64,000 nt of DNA from Squalus acanthias (Eukaryota): contig CM059432.1 in assembly GCA_030390025.1 (NCBI GenBank), positions 59,212,001 to 59,276,000 of the forward strand, read 5' to 3'. Positions 23,640 through 35,877 of the stretch are shown here, piece by piece. Under the pieces are notes generated by a model. The model made no database searches. It saw only the letters and a list, made by a program, of their open reading frames with translations, and was not told where the DNA came from. Positions within the stretch are counted from its first letter, which is position 1. Every line of letters begins with the position of its first letter. The position numbers were made by a program, and so were the translations under genes.

Positions 23640-24852
23640 AAGTGGGAATCAGAGATGCCGGCGCTCAGGATAGAGAACCCGCTGTCAACCTGCCTCCACA
23701 CGAGTCTCCCAGGTGTCGGGTCTGTCGGCGCTGAACAGACCCGACACCCAGCGGCGGGGGAGGCAATTCACATCATTAAATGGGTTGTTAACATCCAATT
23801 AACTGTTATTTTAAGCCTACATTTCAATTTTACGTGCTCCCCCATGGGTTACCCACTGCTCGGGGAACACGTCAGCTCAGCATGTCATGAATGGATTCAG
23901 CATTGAATTATCTTATGACCTGACAGCTGCCAAAGTTGTATGAAAGATCCCATGTTACAGCTGTTCACTTTCAAAACTCAGAAACCATTGCTGACTGCAT
24001 TTGGAAGACATATTGAGCTTTCTGCAGCTTGCAAGTGTTTGCAGCCAACTCTGTATACAGTGCCACCTCATTGGAACAACCTCTCTCACCATTGACAGAT
24101 CGCTTCTGTCATCTCAACCTCACCTGCCATCTATTCCATCAGCATCGTTGCCCTTGAAAATATCTCACCATGGTCCTAAGAATCCCACCAAGATCAACCC
24201 CAACACCAGCATCACCATCACTGGGCACACCAGCAGCAACAACAACAACACCAGCCTTCTCCGCAATCAACTGATGCTGCAAGGACAGAGGGCATCAGCA
24301 CCCGACCACATTGCTGCCCAGGAGGCCAGGGATGGCCTCAACATGGCCAGATTTACTTCACTTGACACTGTACACTCTGGCTGCCACATGATGTGCCAGG
24401 TTGGCACCACCCCACACCAACGCCATAAAGCATCCCTACAATGCCCAAGCCATTCCTTTCACACTCATCTCCATTGTGGGGGGGGGGGGGGGGGGGGGGT
24501 ACCGTTATGTCTCAACATTCACTGCAACTCACTAAGCCACTTCCAAAGGTGCACACAAATCTGTCCAAGAACGTAAAGTGTTGAAAATAAAGGTTTCAAT
24601 GTTTGACACCACATTAACAGAAACTTTACATGAACATTGCATAAAACACCCAAGTGCCTACCCTGGTGTGTTGTGAGTTGGTATGCTTGCAGTAGGATGA
24701 GGGTGCGTGTGGCTTGGCAGTAACGTTTCATGATCTACTGGGATCATTGAAAGGCTTGCACCACTGCAGCCTAGTCCTCCCGACGACATCCCTGCTTGTG
24801 CCCTCCTGTGCAATGTGCAACCAGGCTGCGTTGATCTCCTGGGGAGGTCTCT
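23640..24852. mobile_element. Probable decayed Harbinger derivative
   Basis: GC-rich start, Q/H/P-rich low-complexity stretch and internal AATAAA; architecture resembles other Harbinger relics here but no clear TIR or catalytic motif was seen. Confidence 0.35.
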
Positions 24853-27293
24853 TACATAAGAACATAAGAAATAGGGGCAGGAGTAGACCATTTGGCCCTT
24901 CGAGCCTGCTCCGCCATTCAATAAGATCATGGCTGATCTTCAATCTCATCTCCACTTTCCTGCACTATCCCCATATCTCTTGACTCCCTTAATATTCAAA
25001 AATCTATCGATCTCTGTCTTGAATATACTCAACGACTAAGCCTCCACAGCCCTCTGAGGTAGAGAATTCCAAAGATTCACCACCCTCTGAGTGAAGAACT
25101 TTCTCCTCATCTCAGTCCTAAATGGCCGACCCCTTATTCTTGAGACTGTGACCCCTGGTTCTAGACTCCCCAGCAAGGGGAAACATCCTCCCTGCATCTA
25201 CCCTGTCAAGCCCTGTAAGAATTTTGTATGTTTCAATGAGATCGCCTCTCATTCTTCTAAGCTCTAGAGAATATAGGCCTAGTCTACTCAATCTCTCCTC
25301 ATAGGACAATCCCCCCATCCCAGGAACCGGTCTGGTGAACCTTCGTTCCACTCCCTCTCTGGCAAGTATATCCTTCCTTAGGTAAGGAGACCAAAACTGT
25401 ACACAATACTCCAGATGTGGTCTCACCAGGACCCTATATAATTGCAGTAAGACGTCTTTACTCTTATACTCAAATCCTCTTGTAATAAAGGCCAACATAC
25501 CATTTGCTTTCCTAATTGCTTGCTGTACCTGCATATTAACTTTCAGTAATTCATGTACAAGGACACCCAGGTCCCTCTGAACACCAACATTTCCCAATCT
25601 CTCACCATTTAAAATATACTCTGCTTTTCTATTTTTTCTACCAAAGTGGATAACTTCACATTTCTCCACATTATATTCCATTTGCCATGTTCTTGCCCAC
25701 TCATTTAGCCTGTCTATATCCCCTTGAAGCCTCCTTGCATCCTCCTCACAACTGACATTTCCACCCAGCTTTGGATCATTAGCAAACTTGGATATATTAC
25801 ATTTGGTCCCCTCATCCAAATCATTGATGTAGATTGTGAATAGCTGAGGCCCAAGCACTGATCCTTGCGGTACCCCACTAGTTACAGCCTGCCAACCCAA
25901 AAATGACCCGTTTATTCCTACTCTCTGTTTTCTGTCCGTTAAACAATCCTCAATCTATGCTAGTATATTATCCCCAATCCCATGAGCCCTAATTTTGTTT
26001 AATAACCTCTTGTGTGGCACCTTATCGAATGCCTTCTGAAAATCCAAATACACCACATCCACTGGTTCCCCCTTATCAATTCTGCTAGTTACAATCTCAA
26101 AAAATTCTAACAGATTTGTCAAACACGATTTCCCTTTCATAAATCCGTGTTGACTCTGCCCAATCCTAATATTATTTTCTAAGTGCCCTGTTACCACGTC
26201 CTTAATAATAGATCTAGCATTTTCCCTATACTGATGTCAGGCTAACTGGTCTGTACTGCCTGTTTTCTCTCGCCCTCCTTTCTTAAATAGTGGGGTTACA
26301 TTTGCTACCTTCCAATCCGTGGGAACCGTTCTAGAATCTATGGAATTTTGGAAAATGACAACCAATGCATCCACTATCTCTATAGCCACCTCTTTCAAAA
26401 CCCTAGGATGTAGGTCATCAGGTCCAGGGGATTTATTGGCTTTCAGTGCCATTAATTTCTCCAGTACTATTTTTTTTTACTAATACTAATTTCTTTCAGT
26501 TCCTCATTCTCGCTAGACCCTTGGTTCACCGCTATTTCCGGGAAGTTTTTTGCATCTTTGTCCGTGAAGACAGATACAAAGTATTTGTTTAATTTCTCTG
26601 CCATTTCCTTATTCCCCATTATAATTTCTCTTGTCTCAGCCTGGAAGGGACCCACATTTACTTTCGCTAATCTTTTCCTTTTTACATAGCTATAGAAGCT
26701 TTTACAGTCTGTTTTTATGCCTCTCGCTAGTTTACTCTCATATTCTATTTTCCCTTTCTTTATCAATTTCTTGGTCCTCCTTTGCTGAATTCTAATACCC
26801 TCCCAATCCTCAGGCTTACTACTCTTTTTGGCAACATTATAAGCCTCTTCCTTTGATCTAATACTCCCTTTAACTTCTCGTTAGCCATGGTTGGACCACT
26901 TTTCCTGCGGGGTTTTTGTGCCTAAAAGGAATGTATATTTATTGTAAATTATGTATTAATTCTTTAAATGCTAGCCATTGCTTCTCTACCATCATACCTT
27001 TTAATGTAGTTTCCCAATCTACCTTAGCCAACTTGCCCCTCATACCTACATAATTTGCTTTGTTTAGATTTAAGACCCTAGTTTCGGATTTAACTAAAAT
27101 CACTTTCAAACTCAATATAAAATTCATATTATGTTCACTCTTCCCTAAAGGCCCCTTTACTATAAGGTTATTAATTAACCCTTTTTCATTGCACAATACT
27201 AGATCTAAAATACCCTGTTCCCTAGTTGGTTGTCCAACAAACTGATCTAGAAAACTATCTTGCATACATTCCATGAATTCATCTGCCCATGGG
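24853..27293 (-). mobile_element. CR1 LINE ORF2 (5'-truncated, frameshifted)
   Basis: ORFs 26467-26766, 26237-26452, 25955-26197 and 25118-25900 with RT motifs; tail ACATAAGAACATAAGAAA. Confidence 0.95.
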
Positions 27294-27603
27294 AAGGGAA
27301 GAGAACCTCCCTGCGTGCTGTGGGAGAGCCTGGGTGCAGCCGTGCACCTTTGTGCAGTGCTCGTCAGTGTTTGCAGCACCTGAATGCTGTAGAAAACTGA
27401 CAACAGAACTGTCAAAATCAATTTGGACATGGCCCCTTTAAGGAAACCGGCTGATGACGCGTCATCAAATGACGTCATCAGACCCGCTTCCGGGAACCTT
27501 GCAGGGCGGGCTTAACAAGCCCAATCAACATAAAATCACTTGGAAAGTGTGGGCTGGGACCACGACACCAACCCCGGCCGCCCCAGTCGGCGAAATTGAG
27601 GCC
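27294..27603. mobile_element. Terminal fragment of a Harbinger-like element
   Basis: GC-rich, TGATGACGCGTCATCA palindrome, ends in TIR-like CGAAATTGAGGCC; abuts the truncated CR1. Confidence 0.45.
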
Positions 27604-28173
27604 GGTGTTTCTGACCAATTTCCCCTTCTCTAACCCAGGGGCACTAATGGCCCAAGCTATTGCTCTGACTGAAATCATCTAACTTAGTACAGACCAGGGA
27701 TTGAACTGAAGACTTTTCTGATCTACATGGCTCAGGTAACCACTGCCTTAACCAGCTGAACCCTCAGAGAGGACCAGTTCTGCCCTTTACAGAAAATTAA
27801 TTCAAAACTTCAGTTTTCTTCGTTCAACAAATTATCTCACCAGCTTCATCATATTATTGCAGTAATTCCAACAATTCGGGGGCTAAATTCGATATGCCCC
27901 AAAAACGGGCGCAGAGATCGCGATGCGCGAATAATCCACGCCCATTGATTATAATGCAAACATTGTGTTGCCTGCTCATTTAAATTATTTCAGCATGCAA
28001 TCGGCGCTAACTGCTCTGTTGATTGGCTGCATGCATCAGCAGGGGGCCCAAAATCGTAAAGTACTAGCACCAGTTAAAGCTAGCCTGCACCTCTTAAAGG
28101 GGAGGTGCATTGTGGCTGCAACAGCTGCTGGCAGTCATTCAGGAAGTGAAACTGGCCTGGGATTTAGTGAAGA

Positions 28174-28413
28174 ATGCCGCAACATGGGAAAGAGCGGGCT
28201 CCAATGTTTTCGGATGCTGTGCTGGCGGTTTTGGTGAAGAAGGTGCAAAGTAGGAGAGAACTCCTGTATCCACAGGGGGCCAGGAGGCCCTCCAGACACA
28301 TGCTCAGAAGGAAGTGGGAGGAGATAGCTGTGGAAGTCAATGCCAGGAGTCAAGCCCCGAGGACCTGGGTGCAGTGCCGAAAGAAGTTCAATGAACTCCC
28401 ACGAGTGGTCAAG
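28174..28413 (+). pseudogene. Harbinger Myb/SANT-like DNA-binding protein, first exon
   Basis: RAPMFSDAVLAVLVKKVQSRRELLY...WEEIAVEVNARSQAPRTWVQCRKKFNEL; open for 80 codons and ends at a donor AAG|GTCAGT. Confidence 0.85.
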
Positions 28414-28539
28414 GTCAGTGAATGCATCTTCAAATGCCATATCCTACCAACTGCATCACAACCTCAGCCACTGTTCAATGCACCACACCCTATCACTCAC
28501 CTACCAACAATCACCTCCCATGTCATCAGCGGACAGCTC

Positions 28540-29279
28540 ATGTCGCCTAGTAGCCAACCTTTGGTTTGCCATGGTGGCTGAAGTGCAGCTGGCACAGTGG
28601 ACTGCCACAGAATGAAGGCATCATAACTGCTGCCAGGATACCGGGCATTGACCTGCATGACTCACTGCTAATGGCCATATGCCAGCTGGACGTTCAGGGA
28701 GCGGAATCCCTTTTGGTTCTGGTACATGGCAGAGTTGACATGCCATGCCCATAAAGCGATGTGCGTACAGTCACTGGCACCGGGCACCATGTGGAAGTCT
28801 GCATTCTGAGCAAAGCCGCGTGCTCGCACCACCTGCTGGTCTCTGGCAAGAGAGAATGAAATGTAGTCAGCTCTCTGTGAAGAGAGCCTCGGTGACCTCC
28901 CTTACGCAACAGTGGATGTCAAACTGCAAGATGTTGCAAATATCTCCAGCTCCAACCTGGGAGGAGCATAAAAGTTCGTTGCCACGGTCAGCTTCACCAC
29001 CACTGGCAATGCGGTCCTTGCCCTGCTCTGAGGTTGCAGTTGTGGCTGAAGCAGAGGGCAGATTTCAGTGAGGATGTCCTTACTTAAGCGCATACGCCTC
29101 ACATATTGTTCCTCGCTGAAGATCAGGTAGGAGAATTGCTCCCTGGGTGGATATGGTCTCCTGCTGAGAGCCTTTCTCCCCCTCCTCCCTCTTCCAGCAG
29201 CTTGTCGAGTTCTGTGTGGCCTCTATTCATTCTCCAAGTCATGCTGTATTCCAAGAGGAATTCCACTAGTGCACCTATG
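28540..29279 (-). pseudogene. HARBI1-like DDE transposase relic (frameshifted)
   Basis: Reverse strand pieces: EEQYVRRMRLSKDILTEIC..LPVVVKLTVATNFYA; PMVPGASDCTHIAL; YQNQKGFRSLNVQL; VNARYPGSSYDAFIL. Confidence 0.9.
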
Positions 29280-30979
29280 TCTGGCAGCAAGTGGTTTGTG
29301 CAGAAGTCTTTCAGCACGTGCCACACCACTCCCTGTGGACTTTTGCAACTTAAAACAACTATGGAAAGCACCAAACATCTGTAGAATCGTAGCCAAAAGG
29401 CATCAACCAGCAACTAACCTGTAAGTAGTTGATGATCCGTTTAAACCGCGCTGATGGGGAGCTGCATCCTCCTGTGTGGCCCATTCAAATTTTTATGCAT
29501 GCACGGTATCTACGATAAGCGGCCTGTGCGGGACCCTGAAGCTGACTGCGCGGCTTAGTGGGAACACTGGTGGGGACTCCTTCCTGCTGCTGCACTTGTG
29601 TTCAGCTGTGCAAGTTTAAGAGAGGATGTTAGCTGGAGCGTTGAGCTCCAAAATGGCAGCGCTGGCATCAAACCAGCGCTGCACGCTGACTGACGTCACG
29701 ATCTGCCTGCTCTGCATACTTCTGGCGGACGTTCACCACCCAATGCCCTCACCAACGTGGCGTCCAGCCTGATGCACACCACAAGTGTGTGCGCACGCCA
29801 TGGGCACCATTTTGGACCTCTAAGGGCACTCGTAGCACCAAAAACTAGGCATTAACGATCCAAATTGTGTGCCTTTAGTCACGATAACAATGCCTAACAG
29901 TAAAGGAAAGCACAGGTAAATTCGAGTAGCAAATTGGATATGGTTAGGGAACAGGGATGAGTCAGTGGCACAATATTATTACTTAGATTATTAGTTGAAG
30001 ACAAGATCACCACAATGTAGGGAGCATGTGGTAACAACTGGGAAGAGGTGAACTGCAGCTAGAGTAGCAAAACTCTAGGCCTTGGATGCTGGACCAAAAG
30101 GTACTGTTTATCAGTGTCCATTGCTTGTTGGGGAGATTGCAAAGTGAAAGCCTATAGTTTAGGTCATCTGCCTTACAACAGAAGTAAGACTCGGTCACAC
30201 TTCAGGATTTCTGATAACTATAACTCGGTGTGGAGGAGAAAAATTAAGGGTTGTGTTTTAAAACAAAGTGAATTCATCCAGGTTGAAAAAGATAGGTCAT
30301 AGGCTGCAGGCATTAAAGAATGCACATTCTAGCCAGACAACCCAGGCTCATCAAGACAAGCCCTCAAGATATTGGATTGGTTAACTCCTCATATTAAGAT
30401 CCTATCTTAAGAAACTTCTTTGCTACCTCTAACTCTTTGCGCCCTTCCACCTCCCCCCTTCTCCAGCACCATGACCTGCTCAATCCTTCTCCCTATTCAA
30501 CATTACTCCCCAGCCTGTCTTCTCTGCTGTTGTCATGCCACACTGAAGTCCCTGTCAGGAGAGGGAGAAGGGACCAGGAGGGAGAGGTCAACTGGGAGAG
30601 AGGGAGTGGAGATGCGATCGGGAGGGAGGGGGCTGACTGGGTCTTCGGCACTGTAAAGGAGCCGGGAGGGCAACCCCTCCTCCGCCCAACTCCACATTCA
30701 GGTAAGTATATTTTTTAAACTTACCTTTTTGATAGCGGCCTCCAGACATTCCTTTAAGGACCACTGGTTAGACCACAAGTAGACCAGGTGTTCTTGGACG
30801 CAGTTGGCCTGACACTAAAAATTTTAAAATAAATTTATATTTACAACAAAAACTGGTCATAGAAATTTAAGATCATCACTCGGGCCAATTATATCTTACT
30901 TTCAGAGTTTCAACTGAGACAAAATGGAGTCTTGGACAAAATGGAGTTAGAAATTAGCCCCTCTCACAATTTGAATAAA

Positions 30980-31428
30980 TTAAAAGAAAAAGAAAGACTT
31001 GCATGTATATAGCGCCTTTCATGACCATCGGACGTCTCAAAGTGCTTTACAGCCAATGAAGTACTTTTTGAAGTGTAGTCACTGTTGTAATGTAGGAAAT
31101 GGGGCAGCCAATTTGCGCACAGCAAGCTCCCACAAACAGCAATGTGATAATGACCAGATAATCTGTTTTTTAGTGATGCTGATTGAGGGATAAATATTGG
31201 CCAGGACTCCGAGGATAACTCCCCTGCTCTTCTTCTAAATAGTGCCTTCAGATCTTTTAGGTCCACCTGAGCGAGCAGACGGGGCCTCAGTTTAACGTCT
31301 CATCTGAAAGACGGCACCTCCGACAGTGCAGCACTCCCTCAGTACTGCACTGGAGTGTCAGCTAGATTTTTGTGCTCAAGTCTCTGGAGTGGGACTTGAA
31401 CCCACAACCTTCTGAGCCACAGCTGACA
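30980..31428 (-). mobile_element. tRNA-derived Deu-domain SINE (SacSINE1-like), short deletion in head
   Basis: Closely similar to 7630-8097; lacks ~20 nt between the A box and GAAGGTTGTGGGTTC. Confidence 0.85.
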
Positions 31429-31940
31429 CTGATTACACAATTGAAGCCTTGAACAATGAAAATAATAAAGAGTTTGTACACATACAGAAGTTATGTAATC
31501 TGTAATATGGATTGTTGCTTTTCTAATATCAATATAATGTAAATAAATGGATAATGAGGTCACTGTAAAAGTATTCACACTATCTGAGTTGGCTTTTGCT
31601 TATGTCTATGAAAACAGTTCAAACATTAAACAAATAGGGAATCCTTTGTAATTAATTCTTCACCAATTCATTTTTTCTTTTTTTGTATTGCACAGAGGCA
31701 ATGTTTTCTTGATTTCACTGACACATATTCCTGCTTAAAAACAGTACTTCTGGCTGAGAGGAACATAGCCTTTGGCAAGCTGCTTAGAAGGGACATGTTG
31801 CTCAGAGTACAAATAATTCAGGATAATAATGTGCATGTCCTTACATCTGCAAGTGCAAAATACAAACAGACCATTATATTTTAGAAAGTACAAGTAAATT
31901 ATAATACCCTACAAATACAGAAAAATGTTTGCATACAGTT

Positions 31941-32588
31941 TGGAATGTTGGCCTTTATTTCAAAGGGGTTGGAGTATAAAAGCAGGGAAGTCCTGCTACA
32001 ACTGTACAGGGTATTGGTGAGACCACACCTTGAGTACTGCATACAGTTTTGGTCTCCTTATTTAAGGATGGCTATACTTGCATTGGAGGCAGTTCAGAGA
32101 CGATTCACGAGGTTAATTCCAGAGATGAGGGGGTTGACTTATGAGGAAAGGTTGAGCAGGCTGGGCCTATACTCATTGGAATTTAGAAGAATGAGAGGTG
32201 ATCTTATTGAAACATATAAGATACTGAGGGGGCTTGACAGGGTAGATGCAGAGAGGATGTTTCCCCTCGTGGAGAAATCTAGAAGGCGGGGGCACAGTTT
32301 TAGAATAAAGGGTCGCCCTTTTAGAACTGAGATGAGGAGGAATTTCTTCTCTCAGAGGGCCGTAAATCTGTGGAATTCTCTGCCCCAGAGAGCTGTGGAG
32401 GCTGGGTCATTAAATACATTTAAGGTGGAGATAGACAGATTTTTGCAAGATAAGGGAGTGAAGGGTTATGGGGAGCGGGCGGGGAAGTGGCTTTGAGCCC
32501 AAGATCAGCCATGATCTTATTGAATGGCGGAGCAGGCTCGAGGGGCCAAGTGGCCTATTCCTGCTCCTATTTCTTATGTTCTTATGTT
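31941..32588 (+). mobile_element. CR1 LINE 3' fragment
   Basis: Open ORF 31945-32496 (LVRPHLEYCIQFWSP ... NLWNSLP); tail TTATGTTCTTATGTT. Confidence 0.95.
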
Positions 32589-34075
32589 TAGAGTTCAGTG
32601 AATGATTAATGTAAAAAGTAATCTGTAAACAATCCACCAAATACAGCAGTCTTGGCAGAAACCATACAACACGTGTCACTAATCTGAAGAGTACAGACTG
32701 AATTTACAGAAATACTGAATTCCTGACCTAAGGTATCAGGCAGACCCACACTTACTACAGAACAATGTTCCCTTAAAAAAACTACTTGGGATCTGGGTTT
32801 AAATAGCCCAAAACTGATGAGATGAAAATTTCATCTCCCCGATGGCTGCAGGATCCAATGTGAAATGAATTTGGGTAGCCTCAAAATAGTTCCTAATGGA
32901 CATGGGTCTATAAGCACAAAACTGCCCCAAATTACATACTACTTGGCAAACTCACACAGAGAGACTGCAAGATGTGGAAAATGGAAAAAAATATCACTTT
33001 GATGCAGTAGGGATGCTCTTCTGAGGTTGGGCTGAGGCCCATTCCTGGGCCAAAGCTTTACTCTTGCATCTGGCTGTGCTCTTTCTGGCCTGGGAGTTGG
33101 GTGCCTAAAATGGGAATTGCTCCATTTCCCAGCACTAACATCCCTCACCTTGATGAGCACAAAAAGAGAAAGCTTATTTTGAATTTCAAGCACTATTTTA
33201 TATAATTGTCAAGTACAGCACCATTTCCTGTGTCTGCAGTTAAACTACACTTTTTCGTCAATGCAAAGCCATTTTGGTTGCACACTGACATGCCAGGTCC
33301 TAATGTGACACACAAATGCACTAAAGCAAGAACCCCTCCAGAAGGTATCTCACAGCAGTTTGACCTCACATCAGCTCCTGTATAATTCTAGCCAGGTGCA
33401 AAGTTACATGTTAAGAATGCTCAGGTAGTCTACTGGACCTTCTGGAAACTTAAAACATTTTCTGTACAATCTTTCTAATGTTACATAAAGAAACTGCTGT
33501 TTCTGCTTGCACTCTCTGAACATTCAATACTTAGCCACCTGGAAAGCAAAGCAGTGTGGGCAAATGACTGTGGCTACAGGTCCTCATGCAGTAGGTGGTA
33601 AAGTTACCCTTTTGACTGTTTGGTAAAGCGCACTCTTATATATATATCTGCTCAGTAAGTTACTTGTATGACCCGTGCTGCCTGTATATTCTATGGGGGT
33701 GGGGTAATATCTGGTAGGTCCATCTTCTTTAAATGCTGCCCGACTCTCCTTTGCTCCATCCTGTGCTATTTCTCCTCCTTCATGATAATAGCATACAAGA
33801 GTATGGTCATGTTGAATGCCATGCCTTGCCTTGGAAGCCCTCAATGTGGGTTGGGATTCCAGGGAGTGAAAATCTCAGGGTGGTTTCACACTGTCGGTGA
33901 GAAGCAGTGAGAAGTAACGAGCGGGATCGATTTTGTGGAAGAAAAACAACATTTGCCCGATTCTACTACCAAAAGAAGTTACTTGCCCAACTGATGTGCT
34001 GGAATCATGCTAAAAATTATGGTGAACTTCTTGACCAAAATTTAACTGGACAAAAGCTCTTATCTTGGCTCAAGC

Positions 34076-34190
34076 TGGGACCTTGTGTACAAATTGGTTG
34101 CCGCGTTTCCCTACATTACAACAGCGACAACACTTCAAACGTATTTCACTGGCTGTGAAGCGCTTTTGGACTCCTGAGGTTGTATATAAA
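34076..34190 (+). mobile_element. 3' fragment of Deu SINE
   Basis: TGGGACCTTGTGTACAAATTGGTTGCCGCGTTTCCCTACATTACAACAG matches 20290-20420. Confidence 0.65.
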
Positions 34191-34640
34191 TAATTGGACC
34201 ACATCATAAACAGGAACGTTGACTGATTTTCTCCTGTGCAGCTCAGGGCACCGATACCATAAAACACTCCAGCTAAAATCAGCAAACATCAGGGATCGAA
34301 CTTGGGACCTTCCTAGTCTGCACCGGCTACACAGTTCCTTTACCAAGTAACTGTTATTTATCATCTTGACATTGATGATAGTGAATGTACAGCAGATATG
34401 TCATGGCTAGCAGTGAAACATGATTAATCTGATCAAATGAGATTAACAAATAAAACCTGCGGCTCAAGTCACTTCACATTATTATTCAACATATTCTCAC
34501 ATGTATCGTAGCTCAATGACAAACTGGCTTCATAGAGCGGCTGTACCCAACTTTCAAAGACTGGAAAATCAATCATTTAACAGCAAAAAGAGTCCTTTAA
34601 ATTAATCTCTGACTGTAATTATACTTTTATACAATTATAC

Positions 34641-34746
34641 TTCGTCAGGTACCTTTACCTGACGAAGGGCCAGCAGCTCCGAAAGCTCGTAATTTTAAAT
34701 AAAACTGTTGGACTATAACCTGGTGTTGTGCGACTTCTCATTTTTG
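34641..34746 (+). mobile_element. 106-bp Penelope-like pLTR fragment with 9-bp TSD
   Basis: Flanked by CAATTATAC at 34632-34640 and 34747-34755; contains a hammerhead core followed by AATAAA; 5' inverted duplication. Confidence 0.7.
34655..34692 (+). ncRNA. Minimal type I hammerhead ribozyme motif
   Basis: UUAC-CUGACGA-A-GGGC(CAGCA)GCUC-C-GAAA-GC-UC-GUAA: helix I UUAC/GUAA, helix II GGGC/GCUC, palindromic AGCU helix III; predicted cleavage after C34688. Confidence 0.72.
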
Positions 34747-34832
34747 CAATTATACGGGCAGATACCAGTCTCAAATTGGTATCTCTGGGTTCTAATGCAC
34801 AGTCAGCAGATTAGTTTTACTTACTCAGTGCA

Positions 34833-35185
34833 TATAGAATTACATAGAATATACAGCACAGAAACAACCAGTCCATGCTGCTGTTTATGCTCAACTCGAG
34901 CCTCCTCCCATCCTCCCTCATCTAACTCTATCAGCATAACCTTCTATTCCCTTCTCCCTCCTATGCTTTTCTAGCCTCCCCTTAAATGCATCTATGCTAT
35001 TCGCTTCAACCACTCCCTGTGGTAGCGAGTTCCACATTCTCACCACTCTCTGGGTAAAGAAGTTTTGTCTGAAATCCCTATTTGATTTCTTGGTGACTAT
35101 CTTATATTGATGGCCTCTAGTTATGCTCTTCCCCACAAATGGAAACACTCTCTCTGTGTCTAATCTATCAAAACCTTTCATTATT
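34833..35185 (-). mobile_element. CR1 LINE 3' end
   Basis: ORF 34918-35181 (TRGHQYK..NFFTQRVVRMWNSLP); tail ATAGAATTACATAGAAT. Confidence 0.9.
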
Positions 35186-35877
35186 CAGACCAAACTGAGA
35201 TCAACACCACAATAACACTACAATTGATTACAATTGCCTCTGGATCCCTGGGTTAGGAAAGAGAAAGAAAATTAATTCGGGTTCCTTCTCTTGATCACTG
35301 TGTGAGAATTCATTGCTGTAAAATGTACAAGTCTGAACATCAAGTGAGACTCGGATCAGGCTCAGTTGTGATGAAACCCCCCACAGCTGAATAGCCTGCC
35401 TGCACGCAAGTCTAGATTACCTGATCAGCGTCAACTTAGTTGCTGACATTAAAATAATACCAATTGGAAGATCTAGGCTTCACTATACAAGAACATACAT
35501 GGAGAATGACAATTTGCAGGAAGTATTGCCTGAAGGACAGGAGAGAAGAAAATACATCCAAACTCTGGTTGGATGTATTCCTGAAGGTATTGTCCCACGA
35601 CCCTCCCGTCTCCATCCACCCCGCCCCACGCTCTCACCATTGGTCACCCGACACAACCATCCTCATGGCACATCGCCTTCCCATGCCAATTGGAAAGCAA
35701 ACAGACTCTCTTTTCCACGAATGGATGTTTTTGACAGTCAGCCAAATGGCCCTATTCCCTATCCCCAATATTTTTATAACTAATAAATTAAAGTGCTCAA
35801 AGAAAATGTTAAAAAAAATATTTTTAATGGTGCAATAATTTTTCTCCGTGAGATTAATCTTTAATTCATGGCGAATT

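Larger units (their letters stand above)
27878..29874. mobile_element. Internally deleted PIF/Harbinger transposon with convergent Myb/SANT and transposase relics
   Basis: Left end GGGGGCTAAATTCG, degenerate right end CAAATTGTGTGCC; contains both Harbinger genes in head-to-head 3' orientation. Confidence 0.88.

Noticed and set aside
24478..24499. G22 homopolymer as a functional G-quadruplex
   Set aside because: Isolated run within a probable TE relic; simple slippage or a sequencing effect explains it.
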